DNA of 46,495 nucleotides from a virus (lineage: Duplodnaviria > Caudoviricetes): positions 1 through 46,495 of the IMG/VR virus record IMGVR_UViG_3300014656_000043. One strand, written 5' to 3'. How positions within the stretch are numbered: position 1 is the first letter of the stretch; each line of letters opens with the position of its first letter. Made by a program: the position numbers and the translations under genes. A model generated the notes under the pieces. It had not been told where the DNA came from, did not search any database, and worked only from the letters and a program-made list of their open reading frames with translations. Shown here piece by piece: positions 9,104-17,814 of this stretch.

Positions 9104-9328
9104 ATGAAATTACCTAAACTAACACAGGCGCCTGTTGAATTTGTTGATGCAACGCCAGATGATGATTTACCTGTTAGGATACTAAAGGTTTACAGGGATA
9201 ATTATTCTTGTAACTGGGAAACAACCGATAGTGACCCCAGCCCTATATGGGCAACAATGAATAAACATAATGAAGAAAGAGTGAAAATATTAAATAAGGC
9301 TATTAATAAATTACAAGGTGTAGATTAG
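9104..9328 (+). CDS. hypothetical protein
   Basis: GGAGGT RBS. Confidence 0.6.
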   Translation: MKLPKLTQAPVEFVDATPDDDLPVRILKVYRDNYSCNWETTDSDPSPIWATMNKHNEERVKILNKAINKLQGVD

Positions 9329-9342
9329 GCAGAGGATACAAA

Positions 9343-9495
9343 ATGAAGCTAATCAACTCAAATGAATTATTCCCAGTTTTAATGATAATACTAGACATAT
9401 GCGCCAGCTTAGTTTATTTGAGTAAAGGTATGTACTGGAGATCATTCTACTGGATAAGTGCGGCGTGTTTAACTTTGTGTACGCTAAAAATGTAA
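9343..9495 (+). CDS. small two-TM membrane protein (50 aa, not in ORF track)
   Basis: LFPVLMIILDICASLVY..FYWISAACLTLC; GAGG RBS. Confidence 0.6.
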   Translation: MKLINSNELFPVLMIILDICASLVYLSKGMYWRSFYWISAACLTLCTLKM

Positions 9496-9520
9496 TGAAT
9501 GAAAAACTAGAGGTGTAGAT

Positions 9521-9823
9521 ATGGAGTTATCTGTACTAACACAACAACAAAAAATAAAATGTATTAAGGCTTTGGGATTGTATATTTCTAAACATAAGGA
9601 ATTCCCCAGTATGCGTAAATGGCAGAAATGTAAAATGAGGCCAAGTACTGCTACTATAAAAAAATTATTTAATAGATGGAATAAATTTTTAAGGATTTGC
9701 GGCATGGGTAACGTATACAATATCAAATGGAAACCTACTAAATATGCTATCAAGCCATACATTCGGCCAATAAAAGTGCAAAAATTGTTTGATGAATACA
9801 GAGATTTTGAGTACAAATTATAA
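9521..9823 (+). CDS. homing-endonuclease-associated repeat domain protein
   Basis: FPSMRKW..PSTATIKKLFNRWNKFLRICG; paralog at 46090. Confidence 0.6.
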   Translation: MELSVLTQQQKIKCIKALGLYISKHKEFPSMRKWQKCKMRPSTATIKKLFNRWNKFLRICGMGNVYNIKWKPTKYAIKPYIRPIKVQKLFDEYRDFEYKL

Positions 9824-9859
9824 GGTGTGGCCTTTTTGAATTCGGTGAACATGCCCTGC

Positions 9860-9888
9860 TTGACAAACTTTTTAAAAAAAGATATACT
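9860..9888 (+). promoter_or_regulatory. sigma70-type promoter
   Basis: TTGACA-17 nt-TATACT. Confidence 0.75.
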
Positions 9889-9915
9889 TTAGAAAAATAA
9901 AGGAGAATCAGAAAT

Positions 9916-10209
9916 ATGTCACAGGCAAAAAAGGATATTTGCGGATTTAGTTTACTAATTGAAAACATTGCTTTCATTAAAAATGTTGCAAAGGAACTTC
10001 GGGAGAAAGAATTGCTTTTGAGTTTCTCGAATTCGATTGTTGTTGATACTATTATTTCAATGATAAAAAACAAAAAGACTTTTATCGCAGAGCTTAAAAA
10101 AAGAGTGAGCAAAGAAAAGGGTTTAAAGCTTCACCGCAATGTTAAGAAGTGGGGTATTGGGTATTTAAATAGAACCGAAAGGAATAAAGATAATGCCAAA
10201 CGAGTTTGA
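9916..10209 (+). CDS. hypothetical protein
   Basis: AGGAG RBS directly after the promoter. Confidence 0.6.
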   Translation: MSQAKKDICGFSLLIENIAFIKNVAKELREKELLLSFSNSIVVDTIISMIKNKKTFIAELKKRVSKEKGLKLHRNVKKWGIGYLNRTERNKDNAKRV

Positions 10210-10378
10210 GCAGTATATATGCGAATGTGGTCAATCGAGCTGGACGATTCGCCAGGATCATATTCGTTGTTCGAATTGCGGTAAAGAATATCGTGTCACG
10301 GGTTTTGCGTCTCCGTCAAGATTTAATACACAAAAACAGTATTTCAGAAAGATTGATTTCGAGCAACCATCAAAATGA
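10193..10378 (+). CDS. small zinc-ribbon protein
   Basis: CECG..CSNCG; AGGA RBS. Confidence 0.55.
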   Translation: MPNEFEQYICECGQSSWTIRQDHIRCSNCGKEYRVTGFASPSRFNTQKQYFRKIDFEQPSK

Positions 10379-10438
10379 AATCGCAAATATAGGTATAATG
10401 ATCCTTGTGTTTGCGATTTTTCTTTTAGGGGTGCTATT

Positions 10439-10660
10439 ATGTTTATGATGAATTGTATCCATGACGACGAAATTGAAGCAGAGGGAATCGGGATTTACGT
10501 GGATGCTAAATATAATAAACCGGGCGAACGTGTAGTTATTGAAATGCCGGTAATACGAAAGAAGTGTAAAAGATGTCACAGGATAAAAGTGATCCCGGAC
10601 TGGGGTGAAGTGAGAAGGATCGCATCGTTAGAGACGAACACTATTAAAGATGGAGTGTAA
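10439..10660 (+). CDS. hypothetical protein
   Basis: CIH..CKRC motif. Confidence 0.5.
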   Translation: MFMMNCIHDDEIEAEGIGIYVDAKYNKPGERVVIEMPVIRKKCKRCHRIKVIPDWGEVRRIASLETNTIKDGV

Positions 10661-10663
10661 ATA

Positions 10664-11164
10664 ATGTTATACGATGATATGCTTAGACAGGCCATAAAAT
10701 ATTGTGAGATAATAAAACCGTTTTGCCAGATCGTAAAGATTGGCGGTTCGATTCGTAGAAAGTCACCGAATCCTGGAGACATCGAAATCGTGTGTATCCC
10801 AGAAAAATATTTTCTTGAGCAATATTTCGTTGAACATAAAATAGAATATCATTTTACAAAGAACGGCGGCAAGTATAAACAATTTAATTATGCAGGATAT
10901 AAGATTGATTTGTTTATCTGTCCGCTTGAAACTTGGGCGATGATCTATTTCATAAGAACAGGAAGCATGGAGTTTGTGCGATCCTTTATGGTAGAATTTA
11001 GAAATCGAGGCTATAAAAGCGAAGACGGATATTTGACAAAGATTGATAATGGAAAGATCGTGCGTCTTAGGGAAGAAAAAGATATTTTCAGATTTATGGG
11101 AATAGATTTCGTGTTGCCTGAAAACAGAATCACGGAATATAAATTCAAAAAAAAAGTTTTATGA
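10664..11164 (+). CDS. minimal family X DNA polymerase (pol beta-like nucleotidyltransferase)
   Basis: GGSIRRK..GDIEIV..IDLF..IRTGS..REEKDIFRFMG..PENR. Confidence 0.85.
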   Translation: MLYDDMLRQAIKYCEIIKPFCQIVKIGGSIRRKSPNPGDIEIVCIPEKYFLEQYFVEHKIEYHFTKNGGKYKQFNYAGYKIDLFICPLETWAMIYFIRTGSMEFVRSFMVEFRNRGYKSEDGYLTKIDNGKIVRLREEKDIFRFMGIDFVLPENRITEYKFKKKVL

Positions 11165-11191
11165 CTAAAAATAAAATGGGGAGTGTAAATA

Positions 11192-11434
11192 ATGAGTAAA
11201 CTGGGGAAGATTTTAGGTAAGTATAGCGTAAGTGTGGACTATCGAGATGGTGTATCTGCAATTGACCTGGTATTATATAGAGCAGAAAAAGAGGTAAACG
11301 AATACTTTATTGATATGATAAATTCATGTAAAGAACATTACGAAGGAAATTCATTTGAAAATCAGAGTAACTTTCCATATATTTTAAAGAAAGAAATAAA
11401 ATCAAAAATAAAAGAAATCAAAATAAATGAGTAA
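11192..11434 (+). CDS. hypothetical protein
   Basis: GGAG RBS. Confidence 0.55.
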   Translation: MSKLGKILGKYSVSVDYRDGVSAIDLVLYRAEKEVNEYFIDMINSCKEHYEGNSFENQSNFPYILKKEIKSKIKEIKINE

Positions 11435-11768
11435 CAAAAAGTGGGAAACGATACAATACGAGTTTAATATAGACGCTTTAAGGAACATTCTGTGGAAAGT
11501 TTACTTAAAGAAGATTTGCCCTGATGCTGCTTTGGATATCATAGAGAAAATATATTATGTTAAAAGAAAAAAGGATAAAATTATAGATAGGGGTATAAAA
11601 TAGAAAAAAGAGGGATGTGAAAGAGGTTTATTCCCATGAAAACATTAAGTAAATGTTGTAATGTAAAAGCTGCCATTTGGATTAAAGTAAAAAGGAAACA
11701 TCTACTTTATAAATGTACATGCTGTAAAACGATTTTAGATAAATTTGATATTAAAAGGAGAAAGTAAA

Positions 11769-12179
11769 ATGAATGAAAGAAGAGAGGAAGTAAAAGAGGA
11801 AGTGAAAGAGGTATCATCTAGGCTATATGATATTGGAACAACTGCTATAGAGGAAAGAAGAGAGGAAGTAAAAGAGGAAGTAAAAGAGGAAGTGAAAATG
11901 GATTATGTATGCGTAAGAACTTATTCAGCGGGAGTTTTTTGTGGCTATCTAAAAGAAAGAAACGGAAAAGAAGGTACATTGGTAAACGCTATCCGTATAT
12001 GGTATTGGGACGGTGCTGCGTCTTTGTCACAACTTGCTATGGAAGGCGTAACAAAACCTGAAAATTGTAAATTTGCAATGCCGGTAGATAAAGTTATATT
12101 AACAGAGATTATTGAAGTATTAAGCATGACTCAAGAAGCTAAAGATTGTATAGAAGGGGTTAAATCGTGGAAACAGTAA
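11769..12179 (+). CDS. DUF6948-like phage protein; alternative start at ATG 11898
   Basis: YVCVRTYSAGVFCG..IRIWYWDGAASLSQLA; N-terminal extension built from repeats plus a 40-nt insert. Confidence 0.75.
   Translation: MNERREEVKEEVKEVSSRLYDIGTTAIEERREEVKEEVKEEVKMDYVCVRTYSAGVFCGYLKERNGKEGTLVNAIRIWYWDGAASLSQLAMEGVTKPENCKFAMPVDKVILTEIIEVLSMTQEAKDCIEGVKSWKQ
11775..11897 (+). repeat. purine-rich direct repeats flanking a 40-nt sequence antisense to 29419-29458
   Basis: GAAAGAAGAGAGGAAGTAAAAGAGGAAGT at 11775 and 11853; insert 11810-11849. Confidence 0.85.
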
Positions 12180-12361
12180 AGATTTCTAGTGATGACTCTA
12201 GTGAAGGCTCTGGATTTGGAAATGGAACTTGCTCTGGCTCTGGATTTACAAATGGAACTGGCTCTGGTGATTTCTATGGCTCTGGCTATGGTGATGGCTA
12301 TGGCTTTGGTTATGGTTCTGGCTATGGTTCTGGTTCTGGCTCTGGTTTTGGCGATGACTAA
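12167..12361 (+). CDS. Gly/Ser/aromatic-rich low-complexity protein (copy 1)
   Basis: GSGYG repeats; GTG start with GGGG RBS. Confidence 0.6.
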   Translation: METVKISSDDSSEGSGFGNGTCSGSGFTNGTGSGDFYGSGYGDGYGFGYGSGYGSGSGSGFGDD

Positions 12362-12385
12362 AGATTGTATAGAAGGGGTTAAGGA

Positions 12386-12712
12386 ATGGAAACAATAAAT
12401 AGTTTTGGTGATGGACTTGATAAAGGCTATGACTTTGGTTATGGTTCTGGTTATGGTTCTGGTTCTGGTTCTGTCTTTGGTTATGGCTATGACTTTGGTT
12501 CTGGTTCTGGTTCTGGTTCTGACTTTGGTTATGGTTCTGGTTATGGTTCTGGTTCTGGTTCTGGCTTTGGTTCTGTTTCTGGTTCTGGTTCTGACTTTGG
12601 CTATGGCTCTGGTGATTTCTATGGCTCTGGCTTTGGTGATGGCTCTGGCTATGGAAATGGTGCTGGCGATGGACTTGGCTCTGAATTTGGTGACGGCAAC
12701 GCTGATGACTAA
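12386..12712 (+). CDS. Gly/Ser/aromatic-rich low-complexity protein (copy 2)
   Basis: GSGYG repeats; upstream 23 nt duplicated from the copy 1 boundary. Confidence 0.6.
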   Translation: METINSFGDGLDKGYDFGYGSGYGSGSGSVFGYGYDFGSGSGSGSDFGYGSGYGSGSGSGFGSVSGSGSDFGYGSGDFYGSGFGDGSGYGNGAGDGLGSEFGDGNADD

Positions 12713-12741
12713 AGATTATTTTATAGAAGAAAAAAGAACAC

Positions 12742-12942
12742 ATGAATAATTTACATAAACTTGCGGAAAAACTTGAATGCGATGTCGAATTGCATTATTG
12801 GTGGAGAGGCAAACAAAAATATTGCATAATGATAGAAGGTGCAGGTATAAGAATAAACATTTTAGCGTACCAATTAAAACACGTTATAAGTAAAGCTTTT
12901 AAAGAATTAAGCAAACATAAATGTTGGATAAAGAATAAATAA
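12742..12942 (+). CDS. hypothetical protein
   Basis: ORF in gene-dense strand order. Confidence 0.5.
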   Translation: MNNLHKLAEKLECDVELHYWWRGKQKYCIMIEGAGIRINILAYQLKHVISKAFKELSKHKCWIKNK

Positions 12943-12947
12943 AATTC

Positions 12948-13679
12948 ATGGATTATGGACAAAATACATTATTTGGAACTAAAATAATATCAACCATTTC
13001 GTATGATGAACAGGAGATTATAAAGGATATTCTTTTTCTTCACTCAAATAATAATTACATTGATTGTGACCCAACATATTCAATAGGTAACTTTTATAAA
13101 AAGGAATTGGTATCACCTAAGTATAAATTTGACAAAACGCCACAGTGTTCAGTGGTTATAGAAGCTACAAGCGATAAATTGCCATTGCCAAGTAAAAGTG
13201 TAAAAACCATTATGTTTGACCCGCCTTTTGTTATTAGTGGCCAAAACTACAATGATTCTAAAAAGGGAAGCGGTATAATAAGTAAAAGATTTACTGCATT
13301 TAAGGATTTTGACGAATTAAAAACAATGTACTCTAATAGTTTAAAAGAATTTTATCGTATATTGTGTTTAGATGGGATTGTTATATTCAAATGCCAAGAT
13401 GTAGTTTCAGGTGGTTTAAACCTTTTTTCTCATTGCTGGATTATGTATGAGGCAATAAAACATGGCTTTTATCCGAAGGATTTATTCATTCTTTTGGCGA
13501 AGAATCGCATAACCGATGGAAGGAAACAACAGCACGCAAGAAAATTTCATAGTTATTTTTGGGTATTTAAAAAAACAAAGTGTAAGGTTGATTATAAATC
13601 CTTTTTTGAGGTAAGAGAGGTCAAAAATGAAACGAAGCCTTTACAGGAAGTACGGACTGGGGCAGAAGGGCTGGTTTGA
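12948..13679 (+). CDS. DNA methyltransferase (amino-MTase, DPPF)
   Basis: DCDPTYSIGNFY; MFDPPF; EFYRILxxDGIVIFKCQD; QQHARKFHSYFWVF. Confidence 0.8.
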   Translation: MDYGQNTLFGTKIISTISYDEQEIIKDILFLHSNNNYIDCDPTYSIGNFYKKELVSPKYKFDKTPQCSVVIEATSDKLPLPSKSVKTIMFDPPFVISGQNYNDSKKGSGIISKRFTAFKDFDELKTMYSNSLKEFYRILCLDGIVIFKCQDVVSGGLNLFSHCWIMYEAIKHGFYPKDLFILLAKNRITDGRKQQHARKFHSYFWVFKKTKCKVDYKSFFEVREVKNETKPLQEVRTGAEGLV

Positions 13680-13785
13680 CAGGGTTGAGGAGTTTGTGGA
13701 CAAGTGGGTGTCGTATGTGTTGACTTTTATCTTAGGGATGTTGTTTGGTCTGGTTTGGGCTTTTTTGCAGAAATAAAAATAATTT

Positions 13786-14010
13786 AACAAAACCTTAGAC
13801 GTATAGGAGAGTGTATGAAAGAACATATACATGAATTAGAAGTAATTGGAAAAGATGAGCAGATTTGCCCACCAGGCACACCACCGTGGTCGAAAACTTA
13901 TTCTACCCCAGTTTACAAATGTGGGAAATGTGGGATTATAGTGCCTAAAAAAGCAAAGAGAGGGTTTGTAAGGAAGAACAAAACCTTAGACGTATAGGAG
14001 TGTGTATGAA
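13786..14010 (+). repeat. 34-bp direct repeat (33/34) containing RBS+ATG and flanking ORF 13815..13997
   Basis: AACAAAACCTTAGACGTATAGGAGWGTGTATGAA at 13786-13819 and 13977-14010. Confidence 0.9.
13815..13997 (+). CDS. hypothetical protein (HxH..CGKC)
   Basis: AGGAG RBS inside the repeat. Confidence 0.6.
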   Translation: MKEHIHELEVIGKDEQICPPGTPPWSKTYSTPVYKCGKCGIIVPKKAKRGFVRKNKTLDV

Positions 14011-14320
14011 CAAGAAAGAAATACTTGCGGAGTTTAAGGAAATATTCTATCCCTGTAACGATTGTGATGATAATTGTAAGGACATAGGCGGTTGTACTGG
14101 AATTATAGAATATAATAGAGAACACAACTGGCTATCAAAAAAGCTGGATATGTATAAGCCGGAGCTGACAAAGCATAAGAGGAGAGTTATGAAAGAATTA
14201 AATGATTTAAAGCATGAAGAACTAGACAGAGAACTAGACAAGCCGGACGAGGAAGCGATACTGTGTGCGTATGATTCAACAGTTGAATGTAGCAAGTGTG
14301 GGAAATGTGATGAAGCATGA
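14006..14320 (+). CDS. Cys-rich hypothetical protein
   Basis: AGGAG RBS inside the repeat; paralog of 8922. Confidence 0.6.
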   Translation: MNKKEILAEFKEIFYPCNDCDDNCKDIGGCTGIIEYNREHNWLSKKLDMYKPELTKHKRRVMKELNDLKHEELDRELDKPDEEAILCAYDSTVECSKCGKCDEA

Positions 14321-14453
14321 ACAAATGGAGAAATCTGCATAGTATAGCTGAAAAGCGTGGATTGATTTTATCTTCAAAAAGACATGGTAAGCTACAAGAA
14401 GCGTTGCAGGAAGATATAAAATTTATGGAAGATTTACTCAAGGAAAAACCAGA

Positions 14454-14783
14454 ATGATTAGCAAACTAACTCATAAAACTTGCAGAGATGTTATAAAATC
14501 AGGTCAATGTAAAGCTGATTGTTGCGGAGTTATTCCTATTGAAAAGGAAATATATAACAAACATAAAAATAAGCTTTGGTATAAGGTTTTTTTACTTTTG
14601 CCTGGTTTTAAAAAAGAGTATTATACAATTACGACTTTTAAAGGAACGTGTCCATTCTTGAATAAAAAATATGATTGTATGATTTATGAGGACAGGCCGC
14701 CTGTTTGTAGGTTATATGCAAGCGGTTTAAACCATAAGTATTTACAATGTCCGTATGGTATCAAAAATAAGGAGAATACATGA
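14454..14783 (+). CDS. YkgJ-family cysteine-cluster (Zn/Fe-chelating) protein
   Basis: CKADCC..CPFL..CMIYEDRPPVCRLY. Confidence 0.8.
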   Translation: MISKLTHKTCRDVIKSGQCKADCCGVIPIEKEIYNKHKNKLWYKVFLLLPGFKKEYYTITTFKGTCPFLNKKYDCMIYEDRPPVCRLYASGLNHKYLQCPYGIKNKENT

Positions 14784-15070
14784 GTAAAACAGTAGAATAT
14801 AGCCAATTAAATGCAATGGTTGAAGCGCTGCAGGAAATTGTAAAAAGAGGGTGCGATAAGGAGCTGTTGAAGTTAAGGGTTAGAGATATGTTTAAAAATG
14901 GATTTATTGATAAAGCTACCATGTATAAAATGTATTTTTTCGCTGATACTGATATGTTAACTGAAGATTTAATACGCAAGAATCTAATTGCAGCGGACAT
15001 GAAAAGTAAAATTACCAAAGCTACGTTGATAACTCCTAATGGTGAAGTTATTACTAAATTAAAGCATTAA
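14780..15070 (+). CDS. hypothetical protein
   Basis: GGAG RBS, ATGA overlap. Confidence 0.55.
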   Translation: MSKTVEYSQLNAMVEALQEIVKRGCDKELLKLRVRDMFKNGFIDKATMYKMYFFADTDMLTEDLIRKNLIAADMKSKITKATLITPNGEVITKLKH

Positions 15071-15255
15071 GAGTGTTAAAGGATATCAAGCCAAATGAAA
15101 CGTAAGATATTGAAGAAACTGTCAAAGATTTTTAAAATAGGTAAATTGATCCAGGGTTTTTTTAAAGGTGAGGTCAAGATAATTGTTAAAGTTGAAATGT
15201 GCCTTAAAATGCTCCAAAAAAACGAGACAGGGAATTATTGCACGGTGAATTTTTT

Positions 15256-16020
15256 ATGAATATTTTAGAAACTTTAAGAAAACATCCGAATAAATACTAT
15301 GAAACTGAAAATGGAGTATTAATTTGTGATGACTGTTTGAATATTATGAAAGATATGTCTGATAAGTGCGTGGATTTGGTGTTGACTGACCCCCCGTATG
15401 GGATAAAAGCTGCAAATGGTTTTAATGGTGTAGGAACGAGGGGCTTTAGGGGCTTAAAGACTAAACCTATAATGAGACGGACTTATGACGATTCTTGGGA
15501 TAATGAAAGACCAATTAAGGACATATTTGATAATATAATTAAAATATCCAAATTATCAATTATTTTCGGTGGAAATTTCTTTGCTGATTTATTACCAGTA
15601 TCAACACATTGGCTTGTTTGGGATAAGTTAAACACAATGCTAACATTTAGTGATTGTGAGCTTATATATACAACATCGAAAAGAAAAAGCGTAATGAAAT
15701 ATACAGTTGAATACAATGGATTAATTGGTAAAGAAAAAACACGGGAACATCCCACGCAAAAACCTGTAAAATTAATAACTAAAATATTACAAAATTACTC
15801 AAAACAAAATAATGTAATAGCTGATTTTTATTTAGGTAGTGGAACAACTGCCGTTGCCTGCGAAATACTTGGTCTCCAGTGGATAGGTATAGAAATATCA
15901 GAAAAATATTGTGAAGTGGCAAAAAATAGGATTGCAAATGAAGCAAATCAATGTAAATTTGATTTTTCCGAGCCTGTTGATACTGTTAGACCTGTCAGCG
16001 AGCCTGATTTATTTGTTTAA
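15256..16020 (+). CDS. N4/N6 DNA methyltransferase (beta class)
   Basis: DLVLTDPPYG, HPTQKP, DFYLGSGTT, GIEISEKYC. Confidence 0.9.
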   Translation: MNILETLRKHPNKYYETENGVLICDDCLNIMKDMSDKCVDLVLTDPPYGIKAANGFNGVGTRGFRGLKTKPIMRRTYDDSWDNERPIKDIFDNIIKISKLSIIFGGNFFADLLPVSTHWLVWDKLNTMLTFSDCELIYTTSKRKSVMKYTVEYNGLIGKEKTREHPTQKPVKLITKILQNYSKQNNVIADFYLGSGTTAVACEILGLQWIGIEISEKYCEVAKNRIANEANQCKFDFSEPVDTVRPVSEPDLFV

Positions 16021-16203
16021 TGGCGATTATAGGCGATTTATATACTGGCTTGCGGCATCTGTTTTGACGGCAAGCGTAACTTTTTAAAAGGACTACAAAT
16101 GAAAAAGGAACAAATTGAACTTGATGTAATTATTAAGTTTGAGTAATAATCCGAAGAAGAATTGAAAAACATAGAAAATTAAAGATAAAAGGAGAGTAGA
16201 ATT

Positions 16204-16452
16204 ATGCGCAAGCCAGGAATATTGATTTGTTTATTATTGTTTTTATTTGTTTTACCTTGCAGTTGTTTTTCTGACGATAGATATTTTAATGGTGATTTAT
16301 CCGACGGCGAGATCGTCGTGGAAGATATTCCGTCAAGATACGTCGAAGAAGAAACAGGGGTTGATGATACAGATGTTATTGTAGACAGGTTAGACAAGAT
16401 TATAAAGCAGCTAGATAAGATAATTAAAATTATAAAAGATTTGGAAGAGTAA
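16204..16452 (+). CDS. hypothetical secreted or membrane protein
   Basis: GGAG RBS; hydrophobic N-terminus. Confidence 0.55.
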   Translation: MRKPGILICLLLFLFVLPCSCFSDDRYFNGDLSDGEIVVEDIPSRYVEEETGVDDTDVIVDRLDKIIKQLDKIIKIIKDLEE

Positions 16453-16461
16453 TGCAAATAA

Positions 16462-16490
16462 TTGACAAATCGTTTATCATATGTTATACT
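16462..16490 (+). promoter_or_regulatory. sigma70-type promoter with extended -10
   Basis: TTGACA-17 nt-TATACT, TGn before -10. Confidence 0.75.
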
Positions 16491-16556
16491 TACTATAGAT
16501 GTAATAACTAAAGTAATTTTAGTTTTATATTTTTTCTATAGCGGGGTAATACGATT

Positions 16557-17129
16557 TTGGCGAAAAATAATTCTAGTTTAAAATGGCGTACAGTCATAAA
16601 AAATTTGAATGATTTAAAAACCTACAAAAAAAATCCCCGCAAATTAAGCCCCGAAAAAAAAGAAATCCTCAAGGCATCTTTAAATAAATACGGACTCCCC
16701 GAAATTCCAGTAATAGATACGGACGGAACTCTCGTAGCAGGAAACCAACGTGTAACCATTTTGCGTGAAATGGGTTTAGTAAGCATACCTGTATCAGTAC
16801 CTAACAGAAAATTAACAAAAGAAGAAATTGAAGAATATAATTTGATTAGCAATACTCATGCCGGTACATGGGATATAGAATTGTTGAAAGCTATTGATAT
16901 TCAGGTGTTGCAAGATATAGGGTTTGATGATATTGATTTAGATAAAATTATAGGGGCGGTAGAGAGTGATAAGGATCCGGACGCTGTTCCCGACGTGCCT
17001 ATACAAAGTTTTCAAATAATAATTACTTGCAGAGATAAAAAGGATCAAACAAAAATATATAGCAAACTAAGCACCGAAGGTTACAAGCTGGAAATTAAGA
17101 ATGATCGATGGGTAGCATGGGGAAAATAG
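16557..17129 (+). CDS. ParB/Srx N-terminal domain protein
   Basis: LKTYKKNPRK..SLNKYG..VAGNQRV..N..AGTWDIELL. Confidence 0.8.
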   Translation: MAKNNSSLKWRTVIKNLNDLKTYKKNPRKLSPEKKEILKASLNKYGLPEIPVIDTDGTLVAGNQRVTILREMGLVSIPVSVPNRKLTKEEIEEYNLISNTHAGTWDIELLKAIDIQVLQDIGFDDIDLDKIIGAVESDKDPDAVPDVPIQSFQIIITCRDKKDQTKIYSKLSTEGYKLEIKNDRWVAWGK

Positions 17130-17232
17130 GAAGATAAAAACTTCATTACAATGCTGTATTTGTTCTAAAAGTTTTTACCCAATAAGTGGGTCTCTAAAGC
17201 AGAGGACATGTTCAAGAAAATGTGGTTCTACA

Positions 17233-17814
17233 TTGAGGGCTAGGCGACCAAGTGGTAAAAAAGGTAAAAAATATCCACATTTATGTCGAGCAAGAGTTGG
17301 GAAATGTATTATTTGCGGTAAAGAATATTATGCTGTAAATGATTATGGGAATTACAAACAAAAGTATTGTTCTAGAAAATGTTGGTCAAATAGGCGTGTT
17401 ACTTATTACCGTATTTGCCCTCATTGCAGTATTGAGTTTAAGACATCAGAGAAGCGGAAGCGTTATTGTTCAAAAGCATGTTCTTTATCAGTGCATCTTG
17501 GGGATAAATCACATCTTTGGAAAGGTGGTTTAACTAAGCGGAGTAAAATAGAAAAGACCTGTGCAAAATATCGCCATTGGCGTATGAGTGTGTTTAAGAG
17601 GGATAATTTTACATGCGTTATTTGTGGGGTGCATAATAGAACACTTGAGGCGGATCATATTAAGCCACAATCAGTGCATCCAGAATTAAGGTACGATTTA
17701 AAGAATGGCAGAACCCTATGCCATGAGTGTCATAAAAAGACTGATACATATGGCTATAAACAGCGTTGGGGTGCTCATTTCACAGGAAATAAAAATGTTT
17801 CTAAGTTTGATTAA
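17233..17814 (+). CDS. HNH endonuclease with repeated CxxC..YCSxxC zinc fingers (frame open from 17116)
   Basis: WRMSVFKRDNFTCVICG..EADHIKP..NGRTLCHECH. Confidence 0.85.
   Translation: MRARRPSGKKGKKYPHLCRARVGKCIICGKEYYAVNDYGNYKQKYCSRKCWSNRRVTYYRICPHCSIEFKTSEKRKRYCSKACSLSVHLGDKSHLWKGGLTKRSKIEKTCAKYRHWRMSVFKRDNFTCVICGVHNRTLEADHIKPQSVHPELRYDLKNGRTLCHECHKKTDTYGYKQRWGAHFTGNKNVSKFD

Noticed and set aside
17113-17115. Genome-wide TAG recoding
   Set aside because: Long structural genes are intact in code 11, several genes end in TAG right at the next gene's start, and no suppressor tRNA was seen.
16557-17129. Plasmid-prophage partition system
   Set aside because: ParB-N-only genes near terminases are common in phages; no ParA or parS array seen.
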